From Gemmatimonadota bacterium (GTDB lineage Bacteria; Gemmatimonadota; Gemmatimonadetes; Gemmatimonadales; GWC2-71-9): a stretch of DNA of 24,054 bases. Positions within the stretch are counted from its first letter, which is position 1; each line of letters opens with the position of its first letter. Positions 17,180 to 24,054 of the stretch are shown one piece after another. The notes under the pieces were generated by a model. That model was not told the DNA's origin, ran no database searches, and saw only the letters and a list, made by a program, of their open reading frames with translations. The translations under genes were made by a program, and so were the position numbers. The DNA lies in NCBI GenBank assembly GCA_039586365.1, contig JBDHKN010000070.1, forward strand, positions 1-24,054. The letters run 5' to 3'.

Positions 17180-17365
17180 ACTGCCCGCTAGAGGTTTTGG
17201 TGTTTGGGTGAAGCAAGGAGCAGGGAGCCGATGGTGGCGAGCCCTGCTCCGTCCGGTAATGCTCTCGTCGGGGACAGAACGGTTGACTGATGGCCTTGTC
17301 TCCTTGCCTCCCACCAGTTCTCGGATCTCCATGATGGAACCGACCACTGACCTGTAGGCCACCCC

Positions 17366-18685
17366 TTGAAACTCGGTGTCGTCTCCCTCGGCTGCGACAA
17401 GGCAACAGTAGATTCTGAACGGCTGGTCGGCGACCTGGTCGGCCATGGAGCTCGGATCGTGACCGATTTGAAAGCGGCGGACCTGATCCTAATCAATACG
17501 TGTGGGTTCATAGACGCGGCCAAACGGGAGTCAATTGAGGCCATGCTGCAAGCGGCGGCTCTCAAGGAGAAGAGCGGTGTGAAGGCGGTTGTCGCCGTGG
17601 GATGTCTCATTCAGCGGTACCAACACGAATTGCAGCGAGAGATGCCCGAGATAGACATGTTTCTCGGTTTCGGTGACCTCCACAAGCTGGTGCCCGAGCT
17701 GGCACGTCGGGGCCTAATTGACGATCCCGTGGCCGTACATCCCGGCGTGCGACAACACCTTGGTGAAGCGGCCCATGTCCGATATCTGAAGATCTCAGAA
17801 GGCTGTGACCACACGTGTGCCTTCTGTGCGATCCCACTGATGCGCGGGAGACACCGTTCCGAGCCGTTGGAACGGCTGGTACGTGAGGCACAACAACTGG
17901 AATCGCAGGGTGCGAAAGAGATCTCACTGGTCGCTCAGGATCTGGGGCATTATGGGCGCGATCTCGGTCCTGCAGGGCCAAAGCTCCCGGATCTACTTGC
18001 AGCACTGCTCAGAGAGACAGGGGTCCCCTGGTTTCGCCTACTGTACGTCTACTCCCTCGGATTGACCGATCACGTGATATCGTTGATGGCGAACGAACCC
18101 AGAATCGTTCCTTACATCGACATGCCCATTCAGCACGCGTCAGATCGCATGCTCGAGCGCATGAGGAGACCGGAACGGCAGGAGACGATTCGCCGCAAGG
18201 TAGCGCAACTGAGAGATGCGATCCCCTCCATCACTATCCGTACCACGACCATTGTCGGGTTTCCGGGTGAGACAACCGATGACTTCCGTGTGCTGAGCGA
18301 TTTCGCCCAGGAAATCGAATTTGAGAGGCTTGGTGTATTCACCTACTCAGCGCAGGAAGGAACGAGGGCCACACAGTATCCGGATGATGTCCCCGGGGAC
18401 CTGAAACGTTCTCGTCAGGAAGAGTTGCTCGAGCTACAGCGTACCATTTCGGAGGATCGCCTTACCCGATACGTGGGCGAGGAGACCGAAGTGCTCATCG
18501 ATCGGATCGCCTACCCCGACGAACATGGCTTCACTCACGTCGGGCGAGTCAAGTGGCAGGCTGATGACGTCGATGGAGTAACCTACGTCTCCCAGGGGGG
18601 CTGGGCCACACCCGGCTCGTTCATTGGTGGGAAGATCGTGGACAACCAGGACTACGATTTCGAACTCGAGGCAGCGGTCCCGTGA
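17366..18685 (+). CDS. rimO: Ribosomal protein S12 methylthiotransferase
   Basis: UPF0004 domain (SLGCDK, NTCGFI..AKRESI, GCL), radical SAM YLKISEGCDHTCAFCAIP, IDMPIQH, IVGFPGET and TRAM-like QADDVDG. TTG start, bounded by an in-frame stop at 17348-17350. Confidence 0.94.
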   Translation: MKLGVVSLGCDKATVDSERLVGDLVGHGARIVTDLKAADLILINTCGFIDAAKRESIEAMLQAAALKEKSGVKAVVAVGCLIQRYQHELQREMPEIDMFLGFGDLHKLVPELARRGLIDDPVAVHPGVRQHLGEAAHVRYLKISEGCDHTCAFCAIPLMRGRHRSEPLERLVREAQQLESQGAKEISLVAQDLGHYGRDLGPAGPKLPDLLAALLRETGVPWFRLLYVYSLGLTDHVISLMANEPRIVPYIDMPIQHASDRMLERMRRPERQETIRRKVAQLRDAIPSITIRTTTIVGFPGETTDDFRVLSDFAQEIEFERLGVFTYSAQEGTRATQYPDDVPGDLKRSRQEELLELQRTISEDRLTRYVGEETEVLIDRIAYPDEHGFTHVGRVKWQADDVDGVTYVSQGGWATPGSFIGGKIVDNQDYDFELEAAVP

Positions 18686-19950
18686 CGAGCGACAGGAGTT
18701 GGTGGAAACGAGCCACACCATGTTGCTGTCGTGGCCGGACCCTGTGGTTGAGTGTGGGAAGCCTATGGCTGTTCATCGCTTGCGCTCCCGCTCCCACGGT
18801 ACGCGGACCAGGGCGGGAGCCGACCTTGCGTGTAGGTCTTGTGGTGGGTGCCGACCAAGTCGTTGTGGCTGGACTGGGGCCGGTAGAGGTGATCGGAACG
18901 ACGAGATTCAACCTCCCGGCGGGAGCAGATGTGCGGGTAGTTCCAGCCGATACCCGAGTCCGGCTGGATGGTTACTCGGCGGAGCCGGCGGACGAGTTCG
19001 AATTCCGGAGCCAGGATCCTTCGCGTTTTCTGTTGGTCAACGGGAGACCGTATCGTGGAGCGTTGGTTGTCTACTCCCGTGATCGGGCAGTGGTGGCAGT
19101 AAACGAGGTCGGAGTCGAGGCCTACCTGCGCAGTGTGGTCACCGCGGAGATGGGTCCGAGAAACGGAAACGAATCTGCGGCTCTGGAAGCACAGGCTATC
19201 GTTTCACGAACCTACGCGCTCAAGAACCGCGGACGTTTCCGATCTGAGGGGTATGACATCAGGTCAGGCACTAGCGACCAGGCTTACCTGGGAGTGGATC
19301 GCGAGACACCACTGGGAGTATCAGCCGTTGAGAACACGGTCGGACTGGTAGTCACCTACATGGGAGATCTCATATCTGCGTTCTACCATTCTACCTGCGG
19401 CTACTCTACAGCCTCACCCAGCGAAGCATTTCGATCCGTCCGGGACGTGGCGTACCTGAGGCCGGTGTCGGATCGCAGGCCGAGTGGCGGTTACTACTGC
19501 GATATTTCGCCGCGATTCCGCTGGTCGGTAGAGTGGGAGGGTACTGAGCTGTGGGATATATTACGGAGCACTGTACCTGCTGAATTGGGTGTGGAGCAGG
19601 ACATGGTCGACGAGATACGTGACATCCATATCCAGCAGAAGGGCCGATCTGGCCGAGTCAGAGAGCTACGGATCGAGGTCGGCCGTGGTGAGATCCCGGT
19701 ATTCGGGCCCGATTTGCGACGCGTACTGCAGACACCGGAAAGGCGCCCCCTGGGAAGCACAGCGATTGAGGTTGCTGTCACTGAACGGGTGGAGGACAGA
19801 GTCGAACGACTCAGGGTGTCAGGCGCTGGATGGGGCCACGGGGTTGGCATGTGCCAGTGGGGAGCAGTTGCGCGGGCTCGAGCCGGGCAAAAGGCTGCCA
19901 CAATCATATCCACATACTTCCCGGGGACGCAAATTGAACGCTGGTATTAG
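18682..19950 (+). CDS. SpoIID/LytB-domain peptidoglycan lytic transglycosylase, probable lipoprotein
   Basis: YRG, VN.V.VEAYLRSVVTAEM (catalytic Glu), ALEAQAIVSRTYA, DQAYLG, YHSTCG and GWGHGVGMCQWGA. Lipobox LFIA-C. GTGA overlap with rimO. Confidence 0.9.
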   Translation: MTSDRSWWKRATPCCCRGRTLWLSVGSLWLFIACAPAPTVRGPGREPTLRVGLVVGADQVVVAGLGPVEVIGTTRFNLPAGADVRVVPADTRVRLDGYSAEPADEFEFRSQDPSRFLLVNGRPYRGALVVYSRDRAVVAVNEVGVEAYLRSVVTAEMGPRNGNESAALEAQAIVSRTYALKNRGRFRSEGYDIRSGTSDQAYLGVDRETPLGVSAVENTVGLVVTYMGDLISAFYHSTCGYSTASPSEAFRSVRDVAYLRPVSDRRPSGGYYCDISPRFRWSVEWEGTELWDILRSTVPAELGVEQDMVDEIRDIHIQQKGRSGRVRELRIEVGRGEIPVFGPDLRRVLQTPERRPLGSTAIEVAVTERVEDRVERLRVSGAGWGHGVGMCQWGAVARARAGQKAATIISTYFPGTQIERWY

Positions 19951-20566
19951 GCTTGCAATCGCTCTATTGGCCACTCCAAACCTGCTAGCTGCGCAAGGCT
20001 TCTTGGAGCAGTTCAGCTATGAGGGTTTGCGGTTATCCGGAGTGGGAATCGAACTCGGAGGGATCGTATCCGATCGACTGACGAGTGAACTCAGTGGCGC
20101 TGTGCGCATCGACTACGGATCCATAGCCCCGCGAGTTCGGGTGCTGATCGGAGCGTCCTATTTCAAAGGAGATTTCGACTCTACTCAGGTAGACGAGTTC
20201 GAGAACAACCTGGCGCGGATCGTCGACGATCCGACCAATGACTTCACGATCGATGTGGGTAGTGTATCCTGGTCCGACTTGGCAATAGAGCTTGATCTGC
20301 AATACGTGATCGGAATCGGCGCGAAGGCTGCCGGCTTCGTTGGAGTTGGACTGGCAGCGCACGTCATGAATGGCTCGGGTGAGTCGATAAGCGACACTTT
20401 CGTCGAAGACGCACTCGACCGTGTGGATCTTGGGTTGAATCTGTCACTCGGGACTCACGTGCAGCTCGTGCCGTCGGTGTACCTCACGATGGACGTGCGC
20501 GGCAGCCTGGCCACTGAACTGCGGTCAGCAGCTGCGCGGGCCGGCTTGATGTATCGGATACCGTGA
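19934..20566 (+). CDS. Putative outer-membrane beta-barrel protein
   Basis: Likely TTG start at 19934, overlapping the previous gene's 3' end. Signal peptide ending LAAQ, amphipathic beta-strands and C-terminal AGLMYRIP. The track's longer 19589 start lies deep inside spoIID. Confidence 0.65.
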   Translation: MNAGIRLAIALLATPNLLAAQGFLEQFSYEGLRLSGVGIELGGIVSDRLTSELSGAVRIDYGSIAPRVRVLIGASYFKGDFDSTQVDEFENNLARIVDDPTNDFTIDVGSVSWSDLAIELDLQYVIGIGAKAAGFVGVGLAAHVMNGSGESISDTFVEDALDRVDLGLNLSLGTHVQLVPSVYLTMDVRGSLATELRSAAARAGLMYRIP

Positions 20567-21579
20567 TGAGCAGTGATGTTGTTCGCGTCGGGGTCATAGG
20601 AGCTGGCGCCGTTGCGCAGGTCGCGCATCTGGCAACGCTTCCCAAGTTGAAACGAGTCGAGATCGTCGCTATCTGCGACAACGATATGGCGAAGGCACAG
20701 GCTATTGCGTCACGGGTCGGCGTCCCCGAGGTGTACGACGATATTGTGGATCTGCTCCGGATCGCCGAGCCGGACGCCGTAGCAGTCTGCACGCCCAATC
20801 ATCTGCACGAAGTCCACGTGGTGTCGGCGTTGGAAGCAGGGGCACATGTTCTCTGCGAGCGGCCTGTTGCCCTCACGGTCTCTGGGGTTGAGCGGATCCA
20901 GGCTGTGCGAGAGCGTACCGGTCGGTTCGTCTTAGTTGGGATGAACCATAGGTTTCGGCGCGACGTGCAGGCCGCGGTGAGCTTCCTCGAGGGTGGAGAA
21001 CTGGGTGATCTGACGGCAATCAGGTGCGGATGGTACATGTTTCGTCCGATGGGACCGGCCTTGGGGTGGCGGTCATTCAGAGAGCAGTCTGGTGGTGGAG
21101 CAGTACTGGACCTTGGAGTGCCGCTCATCGATCTCGCTCTGTGGATGGCCGGCGGCCCGACTGTGAAGACGGTCACGGCACACCTCACTCCAGGCGCAGG
21201 CGAACATGCCGTTGAGGATGCTGGCTGTGTTCTGATCGGATGCGAGGGAGGGATCTCGATTTTCGTCGATGTCTCCTGGCGTCACGTCGGCGATGAGGAG
21301 AAGGTTTGGTTCGAACTCATCGGATCGCGCGGTTCGGCCAAGCTCGGACCTCTCCGGGTGTTCAAGGATTTGCATGGCACGCCCGTAAACGTCACCCCGA
21401 CAGGGGCGTACAGTCGAGAGAACGTCATCTCGGGCTCATATAGAGCTGAGTGGGCGCACTTCCTTGCGGCGGTGAGAGGAGAGATAGAGCCACCCGGGCT
21501 GGACGAGCACCTGTCGTTGCACCGAGTTCTGGAAGCCATCGGACGTTCCTGTGAGGAAGGGCACGAAATCCAACTGTGA
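20563..21579 (+). CDS. Gfo/Idh/MocA-family NAD(P)-dependent oxidoreductase
   Basis: VGVIGAGAVA Rossmann motif, CTPNHLH, AGAHVLCERP, VGMNHRF and SGGGAVLDLG. Confidence 0.92.
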   Translation: MMSSDVVRVGVIGAGAVAQVAHLATLPKLKRVEIVAICDNDMAKAQAIASRVGVPEVYDDIVDLLRIAEPDAVAVCTPNHLHEVHVVSALEAGAHVLCERPVALTVSGVERIQAVRERTGRFVLVGMNHRFRRDVQAAVSFLEGGELGDLTAIRCGWYMFRPMGPALGWRSFREQSGGGAVLDLGVPLIDLALWMAGGPTVKTVTAHLTPGAGEHAVEDAGCVLIGCEGGISIFVDVSWRHVGDEEKVWFELIGSRGSAKLGPLRVFKDLHGTPVNVTPTGAYSRENVISGSYRAEWAHFLAAVRGEIEPPGLDEHLSLHRVLEAIGRSCEEGHEIQL

Positions 21580-23108
21580 GCGCGCTGGCCCTCCCGCGAG
21601 GTGACTGGCTCCTGATCGGTGGCGCAGCGGTCCTCCTCACAGTCGCCTATCCTCCGTTCCACCTTTTCTTTCCTTCATTCACTTGTCTCATCCCGGTGAT
21701 CTGGCTGATCCAGCGGGGTGCGTCAGATCCGCGTCCCCTCAGGCGGCATCTGGTGCAGGGCTACTGGTACGGGTTCTTCTCCAGCGGTCTAGTGCTCTAC
21801 TGGATGGTATATGCTCTCTGGCGGCTCACGACACTATCCGTGCTGGGATATCTGGCGACGATTGTGGTCCTGGCTGCTTACGCATCCGTCATGTTCGCTC
21901 TAACTGGCTGGATCCAGCGCAGGAGCCGCGTCTCACTAATCATCGTGTTCCCGGTCCTGTGGACCTCTGTCGAGTGGCTGGTTGGTCACCAGGGCGACAT
22001 CCATTTCCCTTGGCTTGGGCTCGGAAGTTCGCTCACAGGATTTCCGACCGTGATACAGGTAGCCGAAGTCATCGGTGCCCGGGGGTTGACGCTTCTTCTG
22101 GCAGTGGCCAATACGGCACTGGCGTTCGCCTGGCTCGAGCGACGCAATGCGAGGAGGGTCACGGCCTTGCTTGGGGCAGTAGCAGCGGGATTGTCAGCCG
22201 CATTTGCTTACGGCTTGGTTCGCGAAGCTACCGTGGGGATGAGACCGCTTGGCAATGTGACGGTGCTGCAGCCCAATGTGCCGTTCAACAAGAAGCACGA
22301 ACGCACGCTACACGATTCGATAGTACGCTCAACCATCGAATTGTCAGCCGTCGCAGCTGAACGAACCAGCCCACAGCTGCTCGTGTGGCCGGAATCGGCA
22401 CTACCCGATTACCTTTTCCGCCACGAGGAGTGGGAACAGCTGATCGCAGCTCAGGTTGTGCAGAGGGGGGTCCCAATCGTGACGGGCGGCCTGCATGTGG
22501 TGTTTGGTGAGACGGAGAATGAGTACGACTACTACAACGCCGCTTTTCTCTATGATGCAACCGGGGACAGGGGTTCCCATCCTGTCTACCACAAGCGTTA
22601 TCTGGTTCCGCTGGTGGAACGGGTGCCGTTCGTCAATCCTCGCTGGTTCGACTTGCGGTGGTTTGGGGGATTCAGTACAGGTGGGGTGGGACAGCTCTAT
22701 GAGGTCGAGATCGGGCAATTCGGCATCATGATCTGCTATGAGTCGGCCTTTGAGGATCTTTCCAGGGACTACCGGCGGCGCGGTGCTGACTTCCTAGTCA
22801 ACGTCACCAACGATGATTGGTTTGGCGAGACAACTGCTCCCTTTCAGCATGCAGCTCACCTGGTTCTGCGGGCCATAGAGAATAGAATCGGCATCGTACG
22901 AGCGGCTAACAGTGGTATATCAGAATTCGTCGACCCATTGGGGCGCGAAAGCAAGAGGACGCGGCTGGGAGAGAAGACGTTCTCGGCCGATATAGTGCTG
23001 ACTTCGGACGTGCTCACGATCTACACGCGCTTGGGTGATTGGGTTGGATTTCTGGTACTCTGCTTCACTGCGACACTGCTAGGATACTCCTGGTGGCAGA
23101 AGAGATAA
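21576..23108 (+). CDS. lnt: Apolipoprotein N-acyltransferase
   Basis: Multiple TM helices, FPW..LG, QPN, triad WPES / HKRYLVP / ICYE, NVTNDDWF, RAIENR and RAANSGIS. Confidence 0.95.
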   Translation: MSALALPRGDWLLIGGAAVLLTVAYPPFHLFFPSFTCLIPVIWLIQRGASDPRPLRRHLVQGYWYGFFSSGLVLYWMVYALWRLTTLSVLGYLATIVVLAAYASVMFALTGWIQRRSRVSLIIVFPVLWTSVEWLVGHQGDIHFPWLGLGSSLTGFPTVIQVAEVIGARGLTLLLAVANTALAFAWLERRNARRVTALLGAVAAGLSAAFAYGLVREATVGMRPLGNVTVLQPNVPFNKKHERTLHDSIVRSTIELSAVAAERTSPQLLVWPESALPDYLFRHEEWEQLIAAQVVQRGVPIVTGGLHVVFGETENEYDYYNAAFLYDATGDRGSHPVYHKRYLVPLVERVPFVNPRWFDLRWFGGFSTGGVGQLYEVEIGQFGIMICYESAFEDLSRDYRRRGADFLVNVTNDDWFGETTAPFQHAAHLVLRAIENRIGIVRAANSGISEFVDPLGRESKRTRLGEKTFSADIVLTSDVLTIYTRLGDWVGFLVLCFTATLLGYSWWQKR

Positions 23109-24054
23109 TCCGTGTGGGAGTGGACGTCGGCGGCACGTTCACGGACATCGTCGCACTGGGTGCAGACGGGAGGGTCTCGGTCGGGAAGGTCCGTTCCACG
23201 CCGGGAGGCGTGCCCACCGATCTATGGCAAGCAGTCGACGTCGCCTGTCAGCAGTCCGGCTCAGTGCATGCACGCCGCCTGCTGGTGCACGGCACAACTG
23301 TGGCGACGAACGCTCTGCTGGAACGGACCGGCGGTCACGTCGTCCTGGCTACCACTGCTGGATTCGAGGACCTCCTCTGGCTCCGGCGGCAGGACCGGGC
23401 AGATCTCTACGATCTGTCCGTCCATCACCCACTGCCTCTGGTCGCTCGGGAGGACGTGGTCGGAGTTGTGGAACGGGTAACACCAGCAGGTGTGGAACAG
23501 GCGCTCTCGCAGGAAGAGGTCGAGCGCGTCGTGAGGGAGGTGGTTGCCCGGAACCCGGACTCTGTCGTTGTCTCATTCCTGTTCAGCTTCAGTTACCCTC
23601 CACACGAACGGCGAATCCTGGAGGCCATCCGGCTTGCCTTGCCGGGAGTTCCAGTAGTGGGCAGTCACGAGGTGCTGCCAGTGTTCCGAGAATACGAACG
23701 CACTAGCACGGCTGTGGCCGAGGCGTATCTACGACCCAAGGTGAGTGGGTACATACAACGCCTGGCCACCCAAGCATTGCAGCACGGTATTCAAGGTTTC
23801 CGAGTGATGTCGTCCAACGGGGGGACGATGAGCGTCGACCACGCGCAGGTTCGCGCGGCGGCGTTGGCCCTCTCGGGACCAGCTGGAGGGGTAGAGGGAG
23901 CCCGTCTGGTGGGTTCTGCCGTGCAGTTCGCTGATCTTCTGACTCTGGACATGGGTGGTACTAGCGCCGACGCCAGCGTGATCCTCGGCGGACAGCCACT
24001 CGTTCAGACGACCGCGTCGGTTGGAGGTGTCGCGCTCTCGCTACCCCATGTGCT
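23093..24054 (+). CDS. Hydantoinase/oxoprolinase family protein (HyuA-like), 3' truncated; absent from the ORF track
   Basis: My own translation from GTG 23093 gives VAEEIIRVGVDVGGTFTD..KVRSTP..HGTTVATNALLER..TTAGFED..REYERTST..MSSNGG..LSGPAGG..DMGGTSAD, open to the window end. Confidence 0.92.
   Translation, partial: MAEEIIRVGVDVGGTFTDIVALGADGRVSVGKVRSTPGGVPTDLWQAVDVACQQSGSVHARRLLVHGTTVATNALLERTGGHVVLATTAGFEDLLWLRRQDRADLYDLSVHHPLPLVAREDVVGVVERVTPAGVEQALSQEEVERVVREVVARNPDSVVVSFLFSFSYPPHERRILEAIRLALPGVPVVGSHEVLPVFREYERTSTAVAEAYLRPKVSGYIQRLATQALQHGIQGFRVMSSNGGTMSVDHAQVRAAALALSGPAGGVEGARLVGSAVQFADLLTLDMGGTSADASVILGGQPLVQTTASVGGVALSLPHV

Noticed and set aside
15683..17331. 10-bp direct repeat cggatctcca at 15683-15692 and 17322-17331 flanking the small ORF and sigma gene (possible target-site duplication)
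   Set aside because: There is no transposase, integrase or terminal inverted repeat, the cargo is housekeeping, and a 10-mer match can arise by chance.

Overview
A ~60% GC bacterial chromosomal window. Gene content and style suggest Gemmatimonadota or a similar lineage (inference only). No rRNA, tRNA, CRISPR or mobile element was recognised. Left part: the 3' part of a large DUF4175-like coiled-coil protein with a QQGQQQPG tandem repeat, converging on a minus-strand run of ligD, an alpha/beta hydrolase, an S9 peptidase, a DUF3365 mono-haem cytochrome c lipoprotein and bcp. The central feature is an NHEJ locus. ligD (PE-LIG-POL) and ku are divergent, only 27 bp apart, across a TCTATATAGA palindrome whose overlapping -10-like hexamers suit two leaderless mRNAs. 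ku is followed by a MerR-HTH + 4xTPR protein carrying a QVQLDF clamp-binding-like motif, the best candidate here for an uncharacterised NHEJ accessory or regulator. Next is a DUF3179 gene that appears to carry an in-frame internal deletion. The right part is a plus-strand housekeeping run: larE, thpR, a membrane hypothetical, an NtrX-like regulator, a small 82-aa ORF, a short RpoD/SigA-family sigma factor, rimO, SpoIID/LytB, a beta-barrel protein, a Gfo/Idh/MocA oxidoreductase, lnt and a truncated hydantoinase/oxoprolinase. Several intergenic regions fold into long imperfect hairpins.
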